From the IMG/VR virus record IMGVR_UViG_3300037484_001195, positions 1-35,916 of that record: a stretch of 35,916 nucleotides of DNA. The stretch is one strand, 5' to 3'. Positions 27,510-35,916 of the stretch are shown in pieces. Made by a program: the position numbers and the translations under genes. The DNA is from a virus. Lineage: Duplodnaviria > Caudoviricetes. Positions within the stretch are counted from its first letter, which is position 1; each line of letters opens with the position of its first letter. A model generated the notes under the pieces. The model saw only the letters and a list, made by a program, of their open reading frames with translations. It was not told the origin of the DNA and did not search any database.

Positions 27510-27777
27510 CTTCCTTTACCTCCTCATCTAATTTTGACAGTTCGTCAAACTTCTCTAATAAAAATCTTGGTAGTTCTAATAAATACCGTAACTCCCCTAA
27601 TTTAGCTCTAGAAGAAGCCACACGCCTTATATCAATCCAGACATCCTCACCCGAACTCTGGTACTCTAATTCTTCAACATTTAAAGCAATCCTTTCTCGA
27701 ATAATGTCTTTAAGATCAGCCCAAACACTTGAACTTAAAAACTCTGTCAGTGCTTGTTTATTTGTTTTAAGTGCCAC
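27496..27777 (-). CDS. Small helical protein between portal and scaffold
   Basis: Typical position in podovirus head modules; overlaps both neighbours. Confidence 0.6.
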   Translation of the reverse strand: MALKTNKQALTEFLSSSVWADLKDIIRERIALNVEELEYQSSGEDVWIDIRRVASSRAKLGELRYLLELPRFLLEKFDELSKLDEEVKEDGGE

Positions 27778-29731
27778 CTTCTCCCCCCAACTCCTGATTT
27801 ACAGGAACAAGATTACCTCGTTTTGCTTGCTGCATAACTTCTTCAGTCTGCATTGCTTGAATATTTACTCCCCCACCTTTTCTAATAAAGTCATTAACAT
27901 TCTTTGCGCCTAGCATTCTTGCCAAATGCTTAAATACTCTAACCATATCAAATCCAACTCCAACTGCAGGTTGACTAGCTAAAATTTGAAATAGTGTTGC
28001 CCACGATTCCCCTCTTTCACCAACATCAATACTTCCATCATGAATGATAGTATCATAATTAATATCTATCATTGCAGGATCAACTTTCATACCTCTACCA
28101 GTCTGCCCATATTCTTCCATCAACTCTTGCTGATACCTACCCATTGTACTAACATAGATTGGTTGAGACATTAACTGCTGAGTATGGCTTGCAAACATAT
28201 ATGCTAAATCATACATACTCATCATACTACAAATTCTTGCTGTCTTAGCCAATCGTGAAAGTGCACTCATCCTCGAGTCTCTCGCCTCAGTCGCACTCCG
28301 TCTTTCACCTGAAGATCGCATAATACCCATCAAACTATCAACTGCTGCACTCGTCCTCTGCATTAAGTCAATCACGTGAGGAGCGTCCTGGCTGATATGA
28401 CTCCTTGTTATGTCATTTACATTCAACTGTGCCACCGCATCTTTTACACCTCTACCCCAGGCTGCACGTCTCATTCTAATTAGTTTACCTGGTTCTGGAT
28501 CTTTCAAATCTTCCATATTAATTAAAAAAGGATCAACTATCAACATATCATTGATAGCCTTTCGAACATTAGTCACGTGACTTGAAAACAAAAAGTCGAG
28601 AACATTCTGCATCCCATATATTAACTCTAACCTACTAATTGGAGCAACTGAATATCCATCAAAATCTGGAGCAAATATGGAACAAGGAAACATATCATGA
28701 TCTAACCCTAACGGTTTTGCAAAAACTACAAATTGATCTGCAGCTATTCCAAACAACCACTTTTCAGGTATCTCAGACTCCCCCAGCTGCCAATCAACAT
28801 CATTTGGTACTATCTTCATATACATCCAGATTACGTCTACAGGATTACTAGACGAATGAATGTCAAGTGTTCGTGTTGATATATTCTGCTTTTTATCTCT
28901 TGCAGACTGCTCAGTACCAAACCAAGGACTTGTTCCATCTACTCCCTTTAAATACTTAACATTAAAGAAGTCAATAGGATTTTGTGCTTCCATTTCTAAC
29001 AAAGACATATAATTAGTCCTATCAACATATCCTACAAACTCCCCTTCTTGTACCTTATGGATGGGAACTGTAATATCTGGCAAGTATAGATAAGGGTCAA
29101 TATTTTCTAACCTATTACCTTCAAACAACCTCTTTCTCGTCCTTGCCTTAGTTCCATCAGGCAATCTCTCAGTTTTAAATCCCCACTGCTCTCCCCAAAT
29201 TGGGCAAGCTGCACCAAATCCATATGCTAATCCATCTCTAAATTGAGTATGCAATGCTAATCCAACTTTATTCTTAATAGTTTGTAGCTCAATAACTTTC
29301 TCAAGCATTATTGCCCCAACTGTATCATCACTTGTCACACCTTCATACCGAAACATAGGAAGATCCAAGAAAGCTGTTACGAGGTAGGTAAGGAGGGTCT
29401 CCATCGTGGCGTAGGTATAGGGGACTACGATAGAAACAGGCTTCCTTGGATCTCTTTTCTTTAAAGCTTTTTCCTTCTCATCTAATGGAATATATGCAGT
29501 TAATGTTTGATCAATTAAGTTCCAATCAGCGTGCTTTCTCTTCATAATATTATAACTATCCTGTGCACGCCTGATAACTGCATTTTTGATGCGCTCATGC
29601 AGTTCAGAACCAGGCCTTAAATTAAGTTCAACACCCTTTTCAGTCTTTGGATAAGTATATGCAACATTCCCAGATCGTGCATCAATAGCTGCATAATCTG
29701 TTTGAGAAGGAACTGGTAAATTAACTGGCAT
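27767..29731 (-). CDS. Portal protein (P22/SU10-like podoviral)
   Basis: 654 aa with DGLAYGFG, PGKLIRM and RSATEA motifs. Downstream of TerL and upstream of the scaffold. Confidence 0.85.
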   Translation of the reverse strand: MPVNLPVPSQTDYAAIDARSGNVAYTYPKTEKGVELNLRPGSELHERIKNAVIRRAQDSYNIMKRKHADWNLIDQTLTAYIPLDEKEKALKKRDPRKPVSIVVPYTYATMETLLTYLVTAFLDLPMFRYEGVTSDDTVGAIMLEKVIELQTIKNKVGLALHTQFRDGLAYGFGAACPIWGEQWGFKTERLPDGTKARTRKRLFEGNRLENIDPYLYLPDITVPIHKVQEGEFVGYVDRTNYMSLLEMEAQNPIDFFNVKYLKGVDGTSPWFGTEQSARDKKQNISTRTLDIHSSSNPVDVIWMYMKIVPNDVDWQLGESEIPEKWLFGIAADQFVVFAKPLGLDHDMFPCSIFAPDFDGYSVAPISRLELIYGMQNVLDFLFSSHVTNVRKAINDMLIVDPFLINMEDLKDPEPGKLIRMRRAAWGRGVKDAVAQLNVNDITRSHISQDAPHVIDLMQRTSAAVDSLMGIMRSSGERRSATEARDSRMSALSRLAKTARICSMMSMYDLAYMFASHTQQLMSQPIYVSTMGRYQQELMEEYGQTGRGMKVDPAMIDINYDTIIHDGSIDVGERGESWATLFQILASQPAVGVGFDMVRVFKHLARMLGAKNVNDFIRKGGGVNIQAMQTEEVMQQAKRGNLVPVNQELGGEGGT

Positions 29732-29743
29732 TTTAAATCCTAC

Positions 29744-29767
29744 CTTTGTTTATATTTTTGAACATAG
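29744..29767. repeat. 24-bp quasi-palindrome, copy 9
   Basis: CTTTGTTTATATTTTTGAACATAG, following TAA TAA and abutting the portal RBS. Confidence 0.9.
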
Positions 29768-29770
29768 TTA

Positions 29771-31438
29771 TTATTCTGAAGTTACATAAAAAACAATGAA
29801 AGAAAAACTTCCGGTATCTACAAGGGTTGTAATGTCCAAATATGCTCCGGTTGTTGCGTTGCGAATCTGCGCAAATATTCCTCCACTTAACGATAAACTT
29901 ATCATTAGCGTAATGCCTGTTAAGTTTGTTTTAAGGGTGGCCGCCAGGACCCCAATCGCGTTTCCAGTTAAACCCGCATCCAATAAGCGCAAAACAGACC
30001 CTGAATCATCCAAACTCCAGAAACCATCTGGAGATGTCTCGTTGGCAGCAAATTCATCTGATTGTGCATGCACATCTCCGTTCCAAATCTGACCCGTAGT
30101 ACATTTTATATGCGCTGCGGTTGTTCCATCGTCAACAGTAATATTTACGGAGCGAAATACCCTTCCTGCTGTACCATCACCTTTAATCACATCAGCTACA
30201 ACTGCCGCAGTCCCAACTACTCCAGCTGCTGGTAGACCTGTACAGCTCGTCAAGGTTCCACTTGCAGGAGTACCAAGGGCGGGTGTAGTAAATGAGGGCG
30301 AGATCAAAGGAGCCTTTGCACTTAACGCCACTGTCTCATCAACTGTTAACGTCTTACTTGTCGTTCCACCAGCTATTGTAAATCCAACAGCTGCTGCGGT
30401 TAACGTTAAGGCGTTAACTGAGGCAAAAACCGGAGAAGATGCTTGTTTAACTGCCTGATCTAAGTAAGTATCAATCGTGGCATGACTTAAAGTACCAATA
30501 TCGCTTAAACTGGTATGAGACCGATTCGTGACTTGGGTGATATTGGTCAGTGTGATCGTGTCGGGAATATCTGCATCTACAAGTGCTCTAAATGTTGGCA
30601 CAGCTGCAGGTGCAGTCGCTGGCCCTGCAAATACATAGTTTGCTGTTTGTGTATCAAGTCCCAATGCCTGAGTTGATAAACTCAAAAGAGTTTCAGCATT
30701 TACATCAAGTGTGATTGCATTATGATGATCGTTAGCACCAATACTTCCAAGATCAGAATGAACTGCACTTCCTGATAAAACACCTGCAGTTGCTTTTAAA
30801 ACTCCAGAAAATGCTGTTAATGTCAATCCTGCAAACGCTGGAGAAGATGCAGTTGTTAATCCAGCTACCGCCGCCTGATTTAAAGTAGCCCAAACTGGAA
30901 TAGCTCCTGTTACTCCCGCAAGATATTCACCAGTTGCACCAACTGCTGCCAATTCTCCAATAGTATTTGCTGATGTCGCAACAGGTAGTCTAAATACAGT
31001 TGCGGCATTTGGCAATATTAGTGTAGACCATAGAGGAGCAGTACTAACTCCACCACTTCGCAAATATGCTCCAGCAGCTACATCTGCTAACTTTCCTAAA
31101 GTAGTCGTAGTTGGCGCGTAAAGTAAATCACCTACTGCATATACTGTCTGCCCAGTTCCTCCAAGTGTTGCTGCTAATGTTCCTGCTGATAACACGCCAG
31201 CTGTAGCTATGACAGCACCACTAAAAGCTGTTAAAGTTAATCCAGCATGAGTTGGAGAATCGTCTGTTTCAAGACCAAGATTTTTCCTGAATGAAGTTGC
31301 ACCTGTGTATGCCAAACTTACAAGATATTTTGAGGCATCTGATACGACTGGAAGTGATGCTGTCAAACTTGTAAGTATAAGTGAATCTAATGTCATACTT
31401 GAGAGAGACACCGATGCCTTTGCAAATCCTTGACTCAT
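29771..31438 (-). CDS. Tail-fibre-like protein
   Basis: Ala/Thr/Gly-rich with fibre motifs GGTGQT, PTFRALV, SPxFAGLTL repeats and LGTPASGTLTSCTGLP. Confidence 0.65.
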   Translation of the reverse strand: MSQGFAKASVSLSSMTLDSLILTSLTASLPVVSDASKYLVSLAYTGATSFRKNLGLETDDSPTHAGLTLTAFSGAVIATAGVLSAGTLAATLGGTGQTVYAVGDLLYAPTTTTLGKLADVAAGAYLRSGGVSTAPLWSTLILPNAATVFRLPVATSANTIGELAAVGATGEYLAGVTGAIPVWATLNQAAVAGLTTASSPAFAGLTLTAFSGVLKATAGVLSGSAVHSDLGSIGANDHHNAITLDVNAETLLSLSTQALGLDTQTANYVFAGPATAPAAVPTFRALVDADIPDTITLTNITQVTNRSHTSLSDIGTLSHATIDTYLDQAVKQASSPVFASVNALTLTAAAVGFTIAGGTTSKTLTVDETVALSAKAPLISPSFTTPALGTPASGTLTSCTGLPAAGVVGTAAVVADVIKGDGTAGRVFRSVNITVDDGTTAAHIKCTTGQIWNGDVHAQSDEFAANETSPDGFWSLDDSGSVLRLLDAGLTGNAIGVLAATLKTNLTGITLMISLSLSGGIFAQIRNATTGAYLDITTLVDTGSFSFIVFYVTSE

Positions 31439-31758
31439 TAATTCTCCGTTCCAAACAGACTGAAGCTAAGTGTTGCTAATGTTGCACGAACTCTAACAAC
31501 ATCTGTTGCTGCTAATGTTATCCCAACTGTTGCAATAAAAGTATCATTTCCTGGAATAGACAAATCATAATATAAATACTGCGCATTGCCATCTACAGCA
31601 CCTGCAACCGCAACTGTAACTCTAAACGCTGTTGGAGTTGCACTTCTATTACAAACAACAATACTTGAAACAACAGCATATTTAGCTGCGGGTACTGTAT
31701 ATATGTCTGTTAATGTTGCAGCAAGCGGATTAGATTGTCCAAGTACTTTCTGTGCCAC
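31438..31758 (-). CDS. Small beta-sandwich virion protein
   Basis: TDIYTVPA...SIVVCN...FSLFGTE; GTG start. Confidence 0.6.
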   Translation of the reverse strand: MAQKVLGQSNPLAATLTDIYTVPAAKYAVVSSIVVCNRSATPTAFRVTVAVAGAVDGNAQYLYYDLSIPGNDTFIATVGITLAATDVVRVRATLATLSFSLFGTEN

Positions 31759-31971
31759 TTAAGCTCCCATCATCATAAATAAAGAAGTCCATGTTGCTAC
31801 TATCATATCAGCCTTTCTCATCACTTCCAAATCATCTTCAGGTGCATCCTCAAGATATATCTGCGAACCTCGAGCTGCTCTTGTAGGTTTACCATCTGCA
31901 TAAAATGTTACATCTTCATCATCATATAATAAAGTTCCAGATTCCCCATAATCAAGAGTTCTAATCGCCAT
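31759..31971 (-). CDS. Hypothetical protein
   Basis: Tightly packed in the operon. Confidence 0.55.
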   Translation of the reverse strand: MAIRTLDYGESGTLLYDDEDVTFYADGKPTRAARGSQIYLEDAPEDDLEVMRKADMIVATWTSLFMMMGA

Positions 31972-31980
31972 TTAATCTAT

Positions 31981-32214
31981 CTACCTTTTCTTAAGCCTCT
32001 CAGCTGATTCCTTCATTGCCTTTTTTGTGCTTTCACCAGTTATAACATCAAGCTGCTTTTTAAACCACCCAGTTTTTGGAGCTCCAGCATCCTCCTCTGG
32101 TGCAGCTTTCTTCTCATTCACTTTCCCAGTATTTGTACCTTTCCCATAAACTGCAAATCTCTCACGTCTTTTCATTTCCTGCTCAATCAATTGTTCTTCA
32201 GTTTTATCAGCCAT
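31981..32214 (-). CDS. Hypothetical charged protein
   Basis: RBS AAGGAAG; part of the operon. Confidence 0.55.
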   Translation of the reverse strand: MADKTEEQLIEQEMKRRERFAVYGKGTNTGKVNEKKAAPEEDAGAPKTGWFKKQLDVITGESTKKAMKESAERLKKR

Positions 32215-32497
32215 TTTTCACTTCCTTTAATAATATAGTATATAAAAGTCTACACTTCTGAAACCAAGTACTTTTTTGTATAAACCAGTTTGTTTTCTTT
32301 CTCACACTCATCTCACCTAAATCAGGATATATAATATGTAAAACTTCATGTACTAAAATCTCTAATATATTTGATCTATGATCTATCCAAACCTTATCTC
32401 CTAATGATATACCAAGACAACTATCTAAATAACAAAACTTTATCTCAATATTATCTAAACAACTCAGCATCTGTTTATATAGATAGTATGTTCTCAT
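32207..32497 (-). CDS. Small HExxH metallopeptidase-like protein
   Basis: ILVHEVLHIIYP. Likely start at ATG 32497 (MRTYY). Confidence 0.5.
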   Translation of the reverse strand: MRTYYLYKQMLSCLDNIEIKFCYLDSCLGISLGDKVWIDHRSNILEILVHEVLHIIYPDLGEMSVRKKTNWFIQKSTWFQKCRLLYTILLKEVKNG

Positions 32498-32498
32498 T

Positions 32499-32867
32499 TT
32501 ACCACCCACTATTACAAGTCTCACATACTGTTTTAAGCCAAACTCCCCTCTCCCTTAATTCTCCCTTATCTCCACATTCTTCACAGATATGTTTAGACTC
32601 TCTTTCAGCTTCATCAATAATATTAAATACCTTATCAGAGCCTCCACCTATATAAAACCTAAGTGTTCCATACTTCTCTTTAACCTGAATAGCAATAACT
32701 CCCTCTTTACACTCACTAATCTTTTTAGATAATCTCCACAAAAGATCAAACCACCCATTACCACACTCAAATCCAAAACACATCAGTGAATCAGTTGGAG
32801 ATAGATTATATTCTGTATATAAATCTGGAAATACTTTTAATAGTGCTTCTGTTTTTTCAGAACTCAT
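32499..32867 (-). CDS. Phage hypothetical protein (QVKEKYGTLRFY...CEECG type)
   Basis: Recognisable GW...QVKEK.G.LRFY...C..CG pattern. Confidence 0.7.
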   Translation of the reverse strand: MSSEKTEALLKVFPDLYTEYNLSPTDSLMCFGFECGNGWFDLLWRLSKKISECKEGVIAIQVKEKYGTLRFYIGGGSDKVFNIIDEAERESKHICEECGDKGELRERGVWLKTVCETCNSGW

Positions 32868-32869
32868 TT

Positions 32870-33046
32870 TTAATACCTATCAGGATTATCAAACTTTTCA
32901 TTAGTTGGAGGACTGTGATGCTTTTGTGTAGACGGCTTCCACCCTGTCTTTCTCATTGTTCCGTAGACATATGCTCCTGTTCTCTCTTTTCCAAGACCCA
33001 TCTTTTTAGCCTTCGCCTTTAAATTTCTTTCCATCTCTTCTGGCAT
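32870..33046 (-). CDS. Small basic protein, 58 aa (not in ORF track)
   Basis: RBS AAGGTG; MPEEMERNLKAKAKKMG...AYVYGTMRKTGWKP. Confidence 0.65.
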   Translation of the reverse strand: MPEEMERNLKAKAKKMGLGKERTGAYVYGTMRKTGWKPSTQKHHSPPTNEKFDNPDRY

Positions 33047-33056
33047 CTTGATTCAC

Positions 33057-33080
33057 CTTTGTTCAAAATTATAAACATAG
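33057..33080. repeat. 24-bp quasi-palindrome, copy 10
   Basis: CTTTGTTCAAAATTATAAACATAG, abutting the TerL TAA. Confidence 0.9.
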
Positions 33081-34571
33081 TTAAGCATTACGCCAGCCTT
33101 CAAATGGCTCATCATCAGGAGGCATTTCATAATCCTCTTCCTTATTCTCTACTTTAGCAAACTCACCTTCTGTCGCTCTCTCATCTTTTGCAAAAAAATA
33201 TCTCTCCCCTTTTTCAAGTAGTGGAACAATATATGCAAGAGCGTCCATACAGTCCCATCTTTTACTTCTCGGATATGACATTAACTGTGCTTCCAGCCCA
33301 CCACAGGCTGTCTTATTATGATATATCTCACCTTGTCTGTAAAAAGGTAGTAAACCTGCAATCCTCTCTTCTTTACTCGCTCTCGCAGACAATGGAACTA
33401 ACTCTAAATTCAATCCTCTCTTCTTCATCGCATTCTCTAGTGGATAACTAATGAACTCATGCAACGATGTTTCTTCATACCCTAACACTCTTGCTTTTAG
33501 TTTGACACACATATTTAAAGAATGTTCAATAAACTCATCAGGATGATAATTATCTGCATCTATATCCAACACAAAAATCTTATTCCCAGCCAGATCAAGT
33601 CCAACTCCAATAGCTGCACTCTCATCACTCGTTACTTTTGCAGTTTTGGCAGGATCCATTATTACAACTGTCTCTTGAATATCTTTTAAATCAGCATGTT
33701 CATAATACTTAAAATATTCAGCTTTGAACTTTGCATCTTCCTTTGCAACCGGCAGATTCCTATATTCTCTAAATAGCGTACCTAACATCTTCTGCTTTCT
33801 ATAGGTCGCCACTAATTTGGCAACAGCCTCATCATCCATAAACTCAGGCCAATTTGAGTGATAGTTATCATCAAAAAGCTCGAGAAGAATTGGATGCCAA
33901 TTTGGGTCTTCTAATAAATTCGCCAATAGTGAATCTTCATGAAGGAGAGTTCCTGCAACAATAATCTTCCAGATTTTCTTAGATCTATCAACACTATTTA
34001 TAACATCGGCAAAGAACCATTCTTTTAACTTTATTCTCTGTTCTTCACTCTTAACACTTTCACTATCTTCAATATCATCTCCAAAAATCAAATCTGGTCT
34101 ATCATCCCCAAAAAGAAGACCACGAATCTGCTGACCACTGCCTCTCGGCATTACCATAGTTCCAGTTTCAGTAATCCATTGATCTTGACTAAAGGAAGAA
34201 CTCTTCATGGGACCAAATAGTCTATTTATTATACTATTTGATAACAACTCCCGCTTTAAGTTTTCTCCTTGTAATACTGCTTGTGAAGCTGTGCAGCTAA
34301 CTGGAACAATAAACTTTTTCTCTCGAAAGACTATCTTTCCAGCTTCATAAGCCATACCCAAACTAGTTTTACCAAATCCTCGAGGAGCTGCAATAACAAC
34401 CTGTTGTATACTATCATCGTCTAATACTTTAAAGATCTTTTCATGCATCTTACTAAATGGACGTGTAAAGCGATTAGGGAATAAAACTCTCGCAGTCATT
34501 TTCGTATTTCCAAAACAACTCAAAAGTATTTCCTGAATTTCAGGTGATCTTATATCAGCTCTCTCATCCAC
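33081..34571 (-). CDS. terL: Terminase large subunit
   Basis: Walker A APRGFGKT, IRG...RPDLIFGDDIE Walker B, GT coupling motif, nuclease motifs MDPA and DCMDALAY. Confidence 0.93.
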   Translation of the reverse strand: MDERADIRSPEIQEILLSCFGNTKMTARVLFPNRFTRPFSKMHEKIFKVLDDDSIQQVVIAAPRGFGKTSLGMAYEAGKIVFREKKFIVPVSCTASQAVLQGENLKRELLSNSIINRLFGPMKSSSFSQDQWITETGTMVMPRGSGQQIRGLLFGDDRPDLIFGDDIEDSESVKSEEQRIKLKEWFFADVINSVDRSKKIWKIIVAGTLLHEDSLLANLLEDPNWHPILLELFDDNYHSNWPEFMDDEAVAKLVATYRKQKMLGTLFREYRNLPVAKEDAKFKAEYFKYYEHADLKDIQETVVIMDPAKTAKVTSDESAAIGVGLDLAGNKIFVLDIDADNYHPDEFIEHSLNMCVKLKARVLGYEETSLHEFISYPLENAMKKRGLNLELVPLSARASKEERIAGLLPFYRQGEIYHNKTACGGLEAQLMSYPRSKRWDCMDALAYIVPLLEKGERYFFAKDERATEGEFAKVENKEEDYEMPPDDEPFEGWRNA

Positions 34572-34996
34572 TAAGTATCATCCCTCATAGTAAATCTATC
34601 GCCCATCCAACTTGTTACACACAACTCAAAAGTTACTCTTGCGCCTGTGCTAATATCAATTACTGCAAATCCATCTAAAAATAGACAGACTAAAGAAGCA
34701 AGGACAGTTAATGGTCTGATTGAAGCTCTTAAATTAGCTACATAAACTGAAACTGTGCCAACAACATCTCTATTAAACCACTTAATATCCATCTCTTTTA
34801 ATTTTACCATAGCTTCAACATAAGCAGGCAAAACTTCTGGCTTTGTAGTGGCTAGATTTCCCATTGTCCTATCGGGCGTATCATCAGACCCTTTAATAAA
34901 TTTCTTCTTTATAAAATCAAAGATAGGCGAAACAACTAATCCACCTACTGAGGCAATTAAATCAGGAATAAAAGGCGCTAATGCAGCTAAAATCAT
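34571..34996 (-). CDS. Holin (3-TM, GTA-holin-like)
   Basis: LRASIRPL, hydrophobic segments and WMGDR; adjacent to the endolysin. Confidence 0.65.
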   Translation of the reverse strand: MILAALAPFIPDLIASVGGLVVSPIFDFIKKKFIKGSDDTPDRTMGNLATTKPEVLPAYVEAMVKLKEMDIKWFNRDVVGTVSVYVANLRASIRPLTVLASLVCLFLDGFAVIDISTGARVTFELCVTSWMGDRFTMRDDT

Positions 34997-35005
34997 ATCT
35001 ACTCC

Positions 35006-35365
35006 TTACTCTAAAAATAAAACATCTTGTGGTAATGTTGAATCTATATCTACATGAATCCACGAATCTCTTACTTCAATCCTTCTAAATCTTCTAATAA
35101 GATCAGAAACCATTCTATATCTCATACTTGATGCTATACATTTAATGTCAGCAGCTTTCCCTCTTAAGTGTGCAGAATTAAGGCTACCACCTATATCATT
35201 ATTATGCTGATTGCATCTACATCCAGAAGCAATTTCATATGTTAAATTAGTTGCCTGCCTCGACTGCTCTAAATTATCTATCAAGTTCAGATCAACCTGA
35301 TCAAATCCGCAGCCACACTTACATGCAAACTCAGATCTTGAAAAATGCGCTGTTAAGTCTCCCAT
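35006..35365 (-). CDS. Endolysin, peptidase M15A family
   Basis: HFSRSEFACKCGCG, SGCRC..HN, SAHLRGKAADI and WIHVD motifs. Confidence 0.9.
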   Translation of the reverse strand: MGDLTAHFSRSEFACKCGCGFDQVDLNLIDNLEQSRQATNLTYEIASGCRCNQHNNDIGGSLNSAHLRGKAADIKCIASSMRYRMVSDLIRRFRRIEVRDSWIHVDIDSTLPQDVLFLE

Positions 35366-35608
35366 CTAAACTCCCACCTTAATCCCAAGTGCACCAAGGA
35401 CACCGCCTACAATACCCCCTACAATAGTTGCACCTTTATCAAAATACTTTCTTTTTTCAACTACTTTCTTAACCCCAGCAATATCATCACTAACACCTTG
35501 TATACATTCCATTGTAGTAGCCTGCATATCATACAGAACATGCAGTTTATCATCTGGGGTACTTAAACTTTTGAAGGTATCCTTGGTCACTTGAGGTTTA
35601 CATTCCAC
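35366..35608 (-). CDS. Small coiled-coil protein with C-terminal TM helix (XhlA-like holin/antiholin candidate)
   Basis: C-terminal GATIVGGIVGGVLGALG; next to the lysin. Confidence 0.5.
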   Translation of the reverse strand: MECKPQVTKDTFKSLSTPDDKLHVLYDMQATTMECIQGVSDDIAGVKKVVEKRKYFDKGATIVGGIVGGVLGALGIKVGV

Positions 35609-35613
35609 AGTTT

Positions 35614-35916
35614 TTATTCCTCTTCCAATAGAAAATCAATCGCTACCAATTCTTCCACAGTACCTTCAACTTTATCAAACCACTCTAACTTCAAAGGATA
35701 AATCTCAATTTCAACATCCTTCATTGCCAACTCACCATACTGTTTATAAAACTCCTCTTTCTTATCTTCCTTCAGCATAACACTTATCTTATCTTCAGCA
35801 ATCTTAAAATTACCACCCTCATCTAACTCAGCAAACTCTTTAAACAATACCTGTTTAGCTTCGAGGAAAGGTTGGTAAATTCTACCGACCACATCAATAT
35901 CTCTCCTCAGCCAATA
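35614..35916 (-). CDS. Acidic hypothetical protein (probably 5' truncated)
   Basis: Frame stays open to the window end (YWLRRDID before the GTG at 35892). Confidence 0.55.
   Translation of the reverse strand, partial: YWLRRDIDVVGRIYQPFLEAKQVLFKEFAELDEGGNFKIAEDKISVMLKEDKKEEFYKQYGELAMKDVEIEIYPLKLEWFDKVEGTVEELVAIDFLLEEE

Noticed and set aside
2212-33080. Palindrome as CRISPR repeats
   Set aside because: Copies are 0.9-7 kb apart with no regular spacers and no cas operon. The Cas4-like fragment is typical of phage recombination modules.
2212-33080. Palindrome as a phage RNA polymerase promoter
   Set aside because: Orientation is mixed relative to transcription, one copy sits at the convergence point, and no RNAP gene is seen.
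1-35916. Alternative genetic code, introns/inteins, DGR or integrase
   Set aside because: Genes are intact and densely packed under the standard code with all three stops used. No RT, intein or recombinase motifs are seen.

Overview
This is a ~36 kb AT-rich fragment of a tailed dsDNA phage with a podovirus-like structural module, arranged as two convergent arms. The + arm (1-10039) carries recombination, replication and regulatory genes: the C-terminus of a Cas4-like nuclease, an HNH-like protein, a Sak4-like ATPase, a DUF669-like SSB, an RHH-like protein, a ParB-methyltransferase fusion, a UDG-fused family A DNA polymerase and a DUF3987-like helicase. The - arm (35916 to 10067) carries lysis genes, TerL, a tail-fibre-like protein, portal, scaffold, major capsid protein, tail/adaptor proteins, ejection proteins and a 2103-aa polyvalent virion protein. 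Three signals are not explained by the gene annotation. (1) Ten dispersed copies of a 24-bp quasi-palindrome, CTWTGTTYA-W6-TRAACAWAG, sit mostly at gene boundaries, with one inside a CDS. (2) Three GC-rich, multi-branched putative ncRNAs lie at 2090-2645, with G-U pairs favouring the + strand. (3) The polymerase has His at the motif B '762' position. All product calls come from motifs and gene order read by eye; no searches were run.
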